NCBI GenBank assembly: GCA_951800155.1
Contig: CATOJL010000001.1
Span: 1 to 54,549 of the forward strand
Origin: an uncultured Bacilli bacterium
GTDB lineage: Bacteria; Bacillota_I; Bacilli_A; RF39; UBA660
Reading direction: 5' to 3'
DNA: 54,549 bases
The position numbers were made by a program, and so were the translations under genes. This document shows, piece after piece, positions 29,333 to 38,233 of the stretch; position 1 is the stretch's first letter; the number at the start of each line of letters is the position of its first letter. The notes beneath the pieces were generated by a model. It did not search any database and was not told where the DNA came from. It was given only the letters and a program-made list of their open reading frames with translations.

Positions 29333-30265
29333 CTATTTTATTTTTCTATTCTTTTTGCTTTCTCTTATTTGGTTTGCTAATTGTTTCAATTTATTCATTC
29401 TATGATATAAACCTGACTTTGAAATTAAAACACCTGTTTCCATGCTTATAATTTCACTTAATTCAAGCAGGGAAGCTTCAGGATACTTTTTACGATAAAT
29501 AGCTGCCTCTCTCACCTTTTCATTTAATAAGGAAAGGGCTTGTACCTCTTCTAATAATTCTATATCATGTACTTGTTTCGTAGCTGTTTCAATCATTTTA
29601 TCTACATTGGCCTGTTCACAATTATTTAAACGATTAGTCATATTTTTATGATCACGATAAATTCGAATATCTTCATAATAGAACAGGGCATTTGTAGCAC
29701 CTATAATCCGTAAAAAATCCCCTATTTTTTCTGCTTCTTTCAAATAAACCATATATTTGTTATCTCGCCTTATTATTTTACTATTTAATTCAAAAAAATT
29801 AAATAGTTTCTGCACAAAGGAAGCATATTCTTTTGTATCCACTAAAAACTCTAAGTGATATCTAGATTTTTTGGGATCATTTATACTTCCACAAGCTAGA
29901 AATACACCTCTAATGTAAGCTCTTTTTAAAGAATCATCATCATATAAGTAGGATTTTGGTATGTTTTCTGTTAAACATAGATCATTGGAAATTTTTTCTA
30001 TTTCTCTTTTTAGTTCTAATATATAAATATAATTTTTATTAAAATTATATCCACGTCTTACTGTCACTTTAGAAATAACCTTGTATTTTTGTTTTAAAAG
30101 GTTAAAGATTCTTCTAGCCACACTCGAATTTTCTGTTGTAATATGAATCGTATTTTCTCCTAAGACTCCGATATTTCTAAGGAGTGCTGCTAGTTCTGTC
30201 ATATTTTCGATCGCTAATGTTTCTAATTTACTAACTTCATTTTTAACTTCACTTGTAAATGACAT
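29333..30265 (-). CDS. whiA: DNA-binding protein WhiA
   Basis: MSFTSEVKNEVSK..., LAGLIDADG-like middle region (RGVFLACGSINDP) and a C-terminal HTH. Confidence 0.9.
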   Translation of the reverse strand: MSFTSEVKNEVSKLETLAIENMTELAALLRNIGVLGENTIHITTENSSVARRIFNLLKQKYKVISKVTVRRGYNFNKNYIYILELKREIEKISNDLCLTENIPKSYLYDDDSLKRAYIRGVFLACGSINDPKKSRYHLEFLVDTKEYASFVQKLFNFFELNSKIIRRDNKYMVYLKEAEKIGDFLRIIGATNALFYYEDIRIYRDHKNMTNRLNNCEQANVDKMIETATKQVHDIELLEEVQALSLLNEKVREAAIYRKKYPEASLLELSEIISMETGVLISKSGLYHRMNKLKQLANQIRESKKNRKIK

Positions 30266-30562
30266 GGCCTTCCTCCTCTATTCTAAACCTTTCTGTTTAC
30301 TGGAATCCTTCTATCCATATGAAACAATATCATTCACGAAAACATAGAATCGTGCATAGAACTATGTCTTTTATTTTAGCATACTTTAAAACGATTATGT
30401 TTCTTTTTTTTACTTTTTCATAAGTATATCTATTCTTGATCTCTTGTATATAAACTTTTTACCCTTTTTTCAATAATCAAACTATCTGAATCATTTTAAA
30501 AGAATGTTTGTTATAAGCAAAATGAGAAAGAAAAAAGTCCCCTATTCAGCAGACTCTTCCTT

Positions 30563-30955
30563 CTATTTTTCACAAGTTGTCTTATTAGGATAATATGTAT
30601 AGGTATATTCTCCGTTATTGTTTAGCACTTTTATAGAACTATCCTGTTGCGATAACTTCTTCTCGGTCTTGGGATTCACCAATGAGCTTTTTATCCATCC
30701 ACCACGTATTAAATTCTCTGTATTGATACAAATGCTTCCCCCTGCATTTTTTAATTCTGAAACCTCAGCTGCATTTGGATTCGCATTGATATAAGACTCG
30801 GCTGCTAAAAAAATATTTTGCTTAAATTGTGTATAATTATTTTCCTCAATTCCTGCGAATTGTTTGGCTATAGAAGGAACAGCGACAATTAGTATTGCGG
30901 CCATCACTGCTAAAACAGCTAAAAGTTCAATTAATGTATAACCCTTTTTATCCAT
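30563..30955 (-). CDS. Type IV pilin/pseudopilin with prepilin-type N-terminal methylation motif (solitary)
   Basis: MDKKGYTLIELLAVLAVMAAILIVAV has the G|YTLIE cleavage/methylation site. RBS aggagg. No pilus assembly genes in the window. Confidence 0.8.
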   Translation of the reverse strand: MDKKGYTLIELLAVLAVMAAILIVAVPSIAKQFAGIEENNYTQFKQNIFLAAESYINANPNAAEVSELKNAGGSICINTENLIRGGWIKSSLVNPKTEKKLSQQDSSIKVLNNNGEYTYTYYPNKTTCEK

Positions 30956-31050
30956 GACTCATCCTCCTATTTTACTGTCTAAATTATACTATAAAGAAAA
31001 CTTGATGTCAACGAAGAAAATATTTTGAATATAATGAATTAGGTGATTTT

Positions 31051-31479
31051 ATGGGAATTATAAAGCATACTTCTAAGGAGAGGGACTTACTTGCTCGACT
31101 GATGCGTGCAGAAGCAGTTGGAGAAGGAGATTTAGGTATGTTAATGGTAGGAAATGTCATACTAAATAGGGCATTGGCATCTTGCCTAACTTTTAAAAAT
31201 ATTCGAACAATTTCTGATGTAGTTTATCAAAATCCGGGCGGATTTGCAGGAGTCAATAGTTCTTTGTTTTTCTCAAATCCGACCACAAAAGAGCAAGCCT
31301 TAGCTGATCGGATTTTAAGGGGAGAATACTATCATCCTGCAACAAATTCTCTATGGTTTTATGCTCCAGCAGGGACAGATACTTGTAAAACAACTTGGTG
31401 GGATCAAAGGTTATCTGGGCGATATAAAAGTCACTGTTTCTATCAACCAGATACAGGGGTATGTGTAGAGATACATTAA
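31051..31479 (+). CDS. SleB-like cell-wall hydrolase (Hydrolase_2 domain)
   Basis: ERDLLARLMRAEAVGEGDLGMLMVGNVILNR...YHPATNSLWFY is the SleB C-terminal-domain signature. Confidence 0.8.
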   Translation: MGIIKHTSKERDLLARLMRAEAVGEGDLGMLMVGNVILNRALASCLTFKNIRTISDVVYQNPGGFAGVNSSLFFSNPTTKEQALADRILRGEYYHPATNSLWFYAPAGTDTCKTTWWDQRLSGRYKSHCFYQPDTGVCVEIH

Positions 31480-31483
31480 GACT

Positions 31484-31507
31484 CTAGGAAAAATTTTCCT
31501 AGTTTTT
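31484..31507 (+). terminator. Rho-independent terminator after the SleB-like gene
   Basis: ctaggaaa-aat-tttcctag followed by ttttt, starting 5 nt after the stop. Confidence 0.7.
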
Positions 31508-31543
31508 AGGTTAAAATTTTTAAATAAGCTTTAAAACATGTGT

Positions 31544-31568
31544 AAGAACAGTTCGCCTGTTCTTTTTT
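31544..31568 (+). terminator. Second tandem rho-independent terminator
   Basis: aagaacag-ttcgc-ctgttctt followed by tttt. Confidence 0.65.
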
Positions 31569-31818
31569 ACCTATTTATTAATAATGGATTTTATAATTTT
31601 TGTATGTTTTAATTTATATAGAAATAATTAGCAATATATTTATTGAAACAAAAAAGTGAAAAATTTTTTATTGAATTTGAATAGAATATATTCTACTCCC
31701 TTTTTTAGAACTTTACCTTCTTCATTATCGAAATATAATATTTAGCTATTTTTATACTACTATTTTTATAATCTAACATTAGACTAACAATCATTTTTAC
31801 CTATTTTACTTAATCTAA

Positions 31819-31972
31819 CACGTTATACTAGATAAAAATGAGAATTATTGAAATGAAAAAAATGTCTAAATGCACTACATGATACATTTGATAAAATTTC
31901 TCTAATCATAGTCATCAAATATTCTATATTTTTTAATGATATGTGCCTTTACAAATCAACTAGCACAATGTG
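31819..31972. mobile_element. MITE-like element, copy 2 (inverted relative to copy 1)
   Basis: Aligns over its full length with the reverse complement of 10643-10797 (about 85% identity by hand, one 1-bp indel). Flanked by TTAATCTAA / TTAATATAA, an 8/9 match for a 9-bp duplication. Confidence 0.8.
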
Positions 31973-32135
31973 TTAATATAAGGTAAGTATTTGGAGTTAT
32001 TTAATGTACGAATTTCTTCGATAATCTTCCTCTCCTTCTCAATTATACTGTATAGTTTTTTAAATCTAACGTTATTAAGGAATATTAAAAATAAGTACTT
32101 TAAAGAAAAAAGACCACTTTTCGTAGTCTAAACAT

Positions 32136-33248
32136 CTAGATTCTTAAAACTTGCCCTAAACGTAGTGTCGTTCCTGATAAATTATTTTTATTTTGAATAT
32201 TGGTCACCGTTGTTCCAAACTTTCTAGCAATACTATATAAAGTATCCCCAGATTTTACTGTATACGTATTTTCAGTTGGCGTTGATGGAGATGTTGCTGT
32301 AGTTGGTACTTTTAACACCTGCCCTAAACTTAAAAGATTTGATGTCAAATTATTAATTTTCATTAATTCCTGTACGGTTGTATTATACTCTCTTGCAATC
32401 GCATATAGATTATCTCCTTTTGTTACATAATAATTTTTATAGGATGGCACAGGAGTTGGCTGATTTCCTGTTGGTATAATTAACTTCTGACCTACAGATA
32501 AATTATTATTGGTTAAGTTGTTGGCATTAATTAAATCTGCCACTGACAAATTGTAAGTATTTGCTATTTTGTATAATGTATCCCCAGATTTTACAATATA
32601 TTCGTTGGTTATAATATCCTCATCTTTTTTCTCTGGCAATTTAATTTGTTGCCCTACTGATAATGTTGTAGAAGTTAGATTATTCAAATTCATTAATTCT
32701 GCAATAGTTGTATTAAATTTATTTGCAATCGCATATAGGCTATCCCCAGATTTTACTGTATATATTCCTGCATCTTCCTGCTCTTTCTCTATAGGAATAA
32801 TGAGTCTTTGCCCTACCGTTAATGTATTACTTGTTAGATTGTTGACTTTCTTTATTTCATCAACTGTTACACCGTATTTACGTGCTATACTATATAGTGA
32901 ATCTCCTTTTTGCACTGTATGTACTCCTTCTATATCCTCATTATATGTAACTCCAATATAATCACTTACCCCACGTACTACGGCATCTACATAATCTCGC
33001 CAATTATTTTTTAATTGGCTTACATCATCACTTGTACTATCTAAAAAACCATATTCGACAATAATTGGTTCTGTTATTCCTGTATTTCTATGTATAAAAT
33101 AATAATCTTTCGACGTATCACTAGGAAGCCTTCGCTGGTATGCTTTTCTAACATTTTGACCAGCTAGTCGAAGTTGTTCAAGCACATTGTTCGCCAATGT
33201 CCCCTTATTTCTTAATGCGTAAATTACTTCTGCACCATCGCCACCTCC
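32136..33248 (-). pseudogene. N-acetylmuramoyl-L-alanine amidase (Amidase_3 + 5 LysM), 3' segment of a split gene
   Basis: ...GGGDGAEVIYALRNKGTLANNVLEQL...ITEPIIVEYGFLDS is the C-terminal half of Amidase_3, followed by five LysM repeats (YTVKSGDSLYAIA...). The only start is an RBS-less TTG, and the frame stays open upstream to the att core. Confidence 0.85.
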
Positions 33249-33336
33249 GGAAGTATCCTTGTTGTGGTTAAATAAAATATTAAAGTAGATTTACCCTTGT
33301 ACCACATATTCATACTTTGTGGAACAAAAGTAAATA

Positions 33337-35019
33337 CTACTTCTTAGCACCTGCTTTGCCTTTCTTACCATATGGATTTCTTGGTGCAGTGGTTTCTTTA
33401 TATTGAAACTCTGAATCAGGAATAATTCCATACTTAAATTTAATTGTGATCAATCGATTCTCATCTATCTCTATCTTATCAATCAAAGATAACAAGAGTT
33501 CTCTCTTAGGTTTATTCAAATCCAAGAGCTTCTTTATCTGTTCTGTATAATCCGGAATTATACTTAGATTCTTCTTTTGTTCTTGTACACCTTCTTTAAT
33601 AGCATCAATTTCTATATTAATTCTATTTAATTCAGATTCATGAGGTTTTATCATTTCTATATAAGAAGAAGCTGATACTATACCATTCATTCTATCTTCA
33701 TATAGACTATTCATGGTTTTTACAATTTGTGCTTTTCTACCTTCTAAGTTTTTGATTTTGATATTGCCATTATCAGTTATAGATTTCTCTCTATTTATAA
33801 TTTCTTGATTTAAGTCCTTAACATCAAACTGCTTTAAATACTTTGATAAAGTAGCTTCAACATGTTTCTTTAATTGTTCCTCCAAATAATTATATGGAAA
33901 GAAATGCGAAGAACATCTTTCTCTTCTAGGATCTCTTGAATACCTATTACAATTAACAGACCAATAATCATGATTTTTCCTATAAGCAATAGTTAATCTA
34001 TTTCCACATTCTTTACAATACAGTAACCCATCAAATAAACGAACTGGTCTCTTTGTTGTTCTGCAAATTCTATTATTTGATTTCTTTCTTTCTTGTATTA
34101 ATGCAAAAGTATCTTTAGAAACTAGAGGTTCATGAGTATCTTCAACAACAACCCATAAACTTTCATCTAAAGTTATTTTCTTCTTAGATTTATAGCTTAC
34201 CTTAGCTTGAGTATGTTGAACCATATCTCCTGTATAAATCCTATTATTAAGAATCTTCTTAACTGATGATATATTCCAATCATCTCTGAAAACAAGTCTA
34301 GTTGAATATTTAGTCTGCTTATAACCACTAGGTGTTACATATCCCTTATCATTAAGAATTGTTGTGATTTCTGACACTCCAATTCCCTGTTCTGCCATTC
34401 TAAATATTTCCTTAACAATAGGTGCAGTTTCTGGGTTAGGTATTAAATGACCTTTATCTTCTGGATCTCGCATATATCCAAAACAAGGTGCACTACCTAT
34501 AAATTTACCACTGCTTCTCTTATTGTTAAGAACATTTCTAATCTTGATAGAATTTTGCTTACTATAATAATCATTACAAGCAACAATAAATGTAGATGAG
34601 TCATTACTTGCTTGATTCTTAAAGCTATCATAACCATCTAATATAGAAACGAATCTTACTTGATTTTCAGGAAAGAAATTTTCCATGTAATATCCGGTCA
34701 TTACATGATCTCTACCCAATCTTGATAGATCTTTCACAATTACCATATTAATTTTCTTCTTTTTAATATCTTCAATCAATCTCTTGAATTGAGGTCTATC
34801 AAAATCAGTTCCAGAATATCCATCATCCACATAATCATCAACAATGGTATAATTATTAAATTTGTTTAAATAATTAACATTGATATAATCAGTGACTACA
34901 GATCTTTGATTTATAACACTTTCACTTTCAGCTTCATACTTCTTGTCTTTATCTTCTTGAGATAGCCTTATATATATACCAATATAAAATTGGACATCCA
35001 ACATGTAATTGTTAAACAT
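33337..35019 (-). CDS. Large serine recombinase (TndX/TnpX-like), rec1
   Basis: IYIRLSQED...ESESVINQR...DDGYSGTDFDRPQFKRLI...VIVKDLSRLGRDHV...VRFVSILDGYDS is the resolvase catalytic domain. It also has a recombinase domain, a Cys-rich zinc ribbon (CKECGN...C..C) and a coiled-coil tail. RBS aaggagg. Confidence 0.9.
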   Translation of the reverse strand: MFNNYMLDVQFYIGIYIRLSQEDKDKKYEAESESVINQRSVVTDYINVNYLNKFNNYTIVDDYVDDGYSGTDFDRPQFKRLIEDIKKKKINMVIVKDLSRLGRDHVMTGYYMENFFPENQVRFVSILDGYDSFKNQASNDSSTFIVACNDYYSKQNSIKIRNVLNNKRSSGKFIGSAPCFGYMRDPEDKGHLIPNPETAPIVKEIFRMAEQGIGVSEITTILNDKGYVTPSGYKQTKYSTRLVFRDDWNISSVKKILNNRIYTGDMVQHTQAKVSYKSKKKITLDESLWVVVEDTHEPLVSKDTFALIQERKKSNNRICRTTKRPVRLFDGLLYCKECGNRLTIAYRKNHDYWSVNCNRYSRDPRRERCSSHFFPYNYLEEQLKKHVEATLSKYLKQFDVKDLNQEIINREKSITDNGNIKIKNLEGRKAQIVKTMNSLYEDRMNGIVSASSYIEMIKPHESELNRINIEIDAIKEGVQEQKKNLSIIPDYTEQIKKLLDLNKPKRELLLSLIDKIEIDENRLITIKFKYGIIPDSEFQYKETTAPRNPYGKKGKAGAKK

Positions 35020-35096
35020 TACTCCTCCTTCTCAATTACATATCACTCATATAGACTATTAAATAATAACGTTTATTCAGAAATAAAGAAACCATT

Positions 35097-35189
35097 TTAG
35101 GTTGAATTATCCCCTTTCATATTATTTAATTCTTCTAATAAGTATGAAAGTATTATTTCTTTTAATTTTTCTATATTATCTGGACTCAT
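35097..35189 (-). CDS. 30-aa ORF immediately upstream of rec1 (possible directionality factor; speculative)
   Basis: Below the track cutoff. ATG at 35189 follows aaggaaagagg. Translation MSPDNIEKLKEIILSYLLEELNNMKGDNST. Confidence 0.2.
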   Translation of the reverse strand: MSPDNIEKLKEIILSYLLEELNNMKGDNST

Positions 35190-35257
35190 TTTTAAACCTC
35201 TTTCCTTAAATCTTATTCATCTCTCAAACCTATAATGAACTTATTTAAATTTAGAAA

Positions 35258-36127
35258 TTAATCTGATTCATCAATTATTTCTAAATTCTCACCTTTTTTT
35301 CTATCTATTAACCTATATTCACTAGATTCAATAGGAGAACCAAAATAATCATTATAATTATTAACTAATACCAGTTCAGCATTTTTTACAAATGTATTAA
35401 TTTTTCTTTCATCAAATCTACTATCATAATAGAAAACCTTAGGTCTATTCAAATTGTTGCTTCTACTCATATTTCTCTTACCAGGAAAAATTACATCATC
35501 AAAATATTTCACCATATAGTAAATTTTTTTTCTAAAATCAATGTAATCCTTTATCTCAGAAGCTAGTGAAAAACCATAATCCCAGTTAGTTACGTTATAT
35601 TGATTTTCATTATTAGTGTCAGCTTTCTTAAAAATCAAATCGTCAATACTAAGTGAAGTTAGAAGATGATAATGCAACTTTTTCATCCCTTTATGACCTC
35701 TTTCAAGAACTTTTATAAAACTGAAACTCGGATGTTCCATCTTGATTTGTTTAACCCACGAACGATAAGCATTTGTCACACCATCAAAATCGTCAATTTC
35801 TGAAAATGTTAAAGTTACAAAAGTCTTTAATATATACTCATTTGAAAAAGCCCATCTTACATACTTATCTTTCATATTTTTAGTATCATATGAATAGACT
35901 TTTATAACTTCTCCAGTATGATCATCATATCTCCTGACATATCCTATACCTTTATATCTCGTGACTACCACATATCTTCCGCTTAAAATTACTCTAGTGT
36001 CGTATTGTCTGTAAAACATCTTTTCCAATTCTTCAATTGTTCTTATTCTTCCTGTTTCAGTTGCATAACCATTTGATAATCTTTTAAGCATACTATCATA
36101 ATATTTATACATATCATATTTCTGCAT
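35258..36127 (-). CDS. Rolling-circle replication initiator (HUH endonuclease Rep)
   Basis: Three ordered motifs: FVTLTF (motif I), LHYHLLT (HUH) and IYYMVKYF (YxxKY), spaced about 45 and about 50 aa apart. RBS ggagg. Confidence 0.55.
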   Translation of the reverse strand: MQKYDMYKYYDSMLKRLSNGYATETGRIRTIEELEKMFYRQYDTRVILSGRYVVVTRYKGIGYVRRYDDHTGEVIKVYSYDTKNMKDKYVRWAFSNEYILKTFVTLTFSEIDDFDGVTNAYRSWVKQIKMEHPSFSFIKVLERGHKGMKKLHYHLLTSLSIDDLIFKKADTNNENQYNVTNWDYGFSLASEIKDYIDFRKKIYYMVKYFDDVIFPGKRNMSRSNNLNRPKVFYYDSRFDERKINTFVKNAELVLVNNYNDYFGSPIESSEYRLIDRKKGENLEIIDESD

Positions 36128-36396
36128 ACGCTACCTCCAAAGTTCATATGATATTAGTTGTACAATGATTAGTAAGTATAGTTGTATGATGTAAAGGGAG
36201 TTCAGTATAATATTCTAGAATTATAATAAATATCTTCTCTATCTATAATAGTTTAAGAAAATGTATTAATCATCTAAAGAAAACTAACTCCCTTACTCTC
36301 TCTATCAAAAGGGAATTATAATTAAAAACATACAACAACATTAAAGTCATATATCTCCTCAACAAACAGTTAAGGTACTAATATCAAGTAATATAA

Positions 36397-37029
36397 TTAT
36401 TCGCTCCAATCAGTGCAATTATTAATAGACTCACTATAATTACAAGATGACGATAAATCATACAAGTAATCAATTGTGACTTCTTCTGGCAATTTTGCAG
36501 TTAAGATTCGATCATCCAAAGTCATAATAGATTCTGTATCTACACAAAATATAACAGTGTGATGATGATATAAGCTTCTTAGCACATCGTAAACTTCCAC
36601 AAAATTTCTAGAAATTTGTGATAAAGAATCAATTACGATTACATCAAATCTCTTTTCATTTTGTAGATCCTCAAGAAGTTCTCTTAACTCTTCACGCTTG
36701 TCTAAAAAATCATGATTTGAGGTTTTATCTTTATACATACTATCTGCTACATCGACAAAATCTACATAGCTGGCAACTAATTTCCAGTGTGTATTATTTC
36801 CAATATAATTTCTTAAACGTTCAATACGTTTATTCAATTTTTCTTGCTGTGGTTGGATTTCATCTTCTGGGAAGTAACTCCACCCAAAATATTTTCCGCT
36901 TACATAACTTGCCACTCTTAATGGAAAGCATTTAAGTGCTTCCACATTACTTACATATCGTGATAGATCTATGCATCCATTTCCTTGAGTTTGTTTAACT
37001 TGATTTCTTAATATTTCTTTTCCTAACAT
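36397..37029 (-). CDS. Resolvase-catalytic-domain-like protein lacking the catalytic Ser/Arg (degenerate)
   Basis: RVASYVSGKY stands where Y-x-R-x-S is expected. RFDVIVIDSLSQISRNFVEVYDVLRSL...TVIFCVDTES mirrors the D-R-L-x-R block. ATG 37029 has the perfect RBS gaaggag. No HTH is obvious. Confidence 0.4.
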   Translation of the reverse strand: MLGKEILRNQVKQTQGNGCIDLSRYVSNVEALKCFPLRVASYVSGKYFGWSYFPEDEIQPQQEKLNKRIERLRNYIGNNTHWKLVASYVDFVDVADSMYKDKTSNHDFLDKREELRELLEDLQNEKRFDVIVIDSLSQISRNFVEVYDVLRSLYHHHTVIFCVDTESIMTLDDRILTAKLPEEVTIDYLYDLSSSCNYSESINNCTDWSE

Positions 37030-37284
37030 TCTATTTTCTCCTTCTCTATTTATTAAAAACTTGTTAATCACCATTTCCCCCTTCAATTTCATTTGCCCTC
37101 ATTCATATAAACCACGTCCTTCCTTTGCCCTGAGTTGCCAATGTGCAAAAAAAATGCAAAAGCCCCCAAGGAGAACTTCCCTAAGGGAACCGCCTACAGA
37201 GTTATACGAGAACAAAATGGACACTTTCACAAAAATGTTAATTTTTTTTAAAAAAGTGCTAAAAATTTTAAAAAAAGTATTAAA

Positions 37285-37313
37285 ATCTAAAAAAGAAGAG
37301 TTTTAAAAACTCT
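37285..37313 (-). terminator. Rho-independent terminator after the resolvase gene
   Basis: Minus strand reads agagttt-ttaa-aaactct followed by tcttttttagatttt. Confidence 0.55.
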
Positions 37314-37360
37314 CCCTTGGTTTAACTTAGGCAAATATCAAAAAATTAAAAAACATCCCA

Positions 37361-37957
37361 TTACCCATTTAAAATCTTTAAATATCTATATCCAGTATTT
37401 CTACTAATTTGACATAATCGACAGAATTCGACAAAATTTATTCTATATTCAATAAATTCTATAAAATACTTAGCAACATCCGGATTCTTATTGTATATTC
37501 GTTCTTTAGTCAATTTAGGTTGCCCACCAATGCGTCCCTCGGATCTAGCAGCAGCCAATCCCTCGTTAACACTTTCAACTATCATCAACCTCATCACTTC
37601 CGCCACCATCGATAACATCAATAGTTGTCCCTGCATTAAAGCTGACAACGTACCACGACAATCAACTTCAAAATCTCCCAGGACGAACTTTATTTTCTTC
37701 TCCTTCGCAAACTCAATTAATGACATAAAGTGTTTTAACGAACGTGTAAGACGATCAATTGAAGAACAATAAACAGTATCTCCCTCTTTAACAATGCTTA
37801 GTAGTCTATCAAGTTCAGGTCTCTTATCTTTCGAACCAGAGATATACTCCTTAAACATATTCTCCAGTTTAACTCCATGTTGTTCTCCAAACTTGATTTG
37901 CCTCAATAAGTTCTGCCTTTCTTCGTTGGTGCTACAACGTGCATATAAATAATCCAT
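37361..37957 (-). CDS. Small serine recombinase (resolvase/invertase) with C-terminal HTH
   Basis: YARCSTNEE (catalytic Ser), SIDRLTRS, GRIGGQPK hinge, C-terminal HTH FCRLCQISRNTGYRYLK. Confidence 0.85.
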   Translation of the reverse strand: MDYLYARCSTNEERQNLLRQIKFGEQHGVKLENMFKEYISGSKDKRPELDRLLSIVKEGDTVYCSSIDRLTRSLKHFMSLIEFAKEKKIKFVLGDFEVDCRGTLSALMQGQLLMLSMVAEVMRLMIVESVNEGLAAARSEGRIGGQPKLTKERIYNKNPDVAKYFIEFIEYRINFVEFCRLCQISRNTGYRYLKILNG

Positions 37958-37981
37958 AAAATCATTCCTCCCAAATAGTCA

Positions 37982-38088
37982 CCAAGAAACCTATTTGAAG
38001 TAAGTGGAACATTTTAGCACTAAATTATGCCTCTAAAACCAATAAATTGGTGGTAAAATAGAGTGCCCACTTAACAAATGTTTCTTGG
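37982..38088. repeat. Imperfect 22-26-bp inverted repeat pair flanking a 59-bp spacer, upstream of the resolvase gene
   Basis: 37982-38007 is ccaagaaacctatttgaagtaagtgg. The reverse complement of 38067-38088 is ccaagaaacatttgttaagtgg. The spacer contains an extended -10-like TGgTAAAAT (38051-38059). Confidence 0.6.
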
Positions 38089-38195
38089 AACACCTTTTTA
38101 ATACCGTGCTATAGAAGCACCTGTCAATATCTTTAATGCAATTTCAAATTGTTAGCAAAATGAAAAATGAAAAAAATGAAAAAAAATAAAAAAAA

Positions 38196-38222
38196 TGAAA
38201 AAAAGAATAGTCACTGCTATTC
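38196..38222 (-). terminator. Rho-independent terminator of the 41736->38234 operon
   Basis: Minus strand reads gaatag-cagtga-ctattc followed by a long T-rich tract, 12 nt after the stop. Confidence 0.55.
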
Positions 38223-38233
38223 CTTATTGAATA

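Noticed and set aside
32136-32960. Roughly 200-bp periodic DNA repeats
   Set aside because: They are fully explained as the five LysM modules of the amidase gene, not a non-coding tandem repeat or CRISPR array.
37061-37306. 81-aa plus-strand ORF in the resolvase/dead-resolvase spacer
   Set aside because: It starts inside the neighbouring gene's 5' end, has no RBS, and its C-terminus is a translation of the A-rich direct repeats. The GC-rich part is more likely leader RNA or DNA structure.
38161-38190. Tiny ORF MKNEKNEKK in the A-tract
   Set aside because: Low-complexity artefact of the ATGAAAAA periodicity. No RBS.
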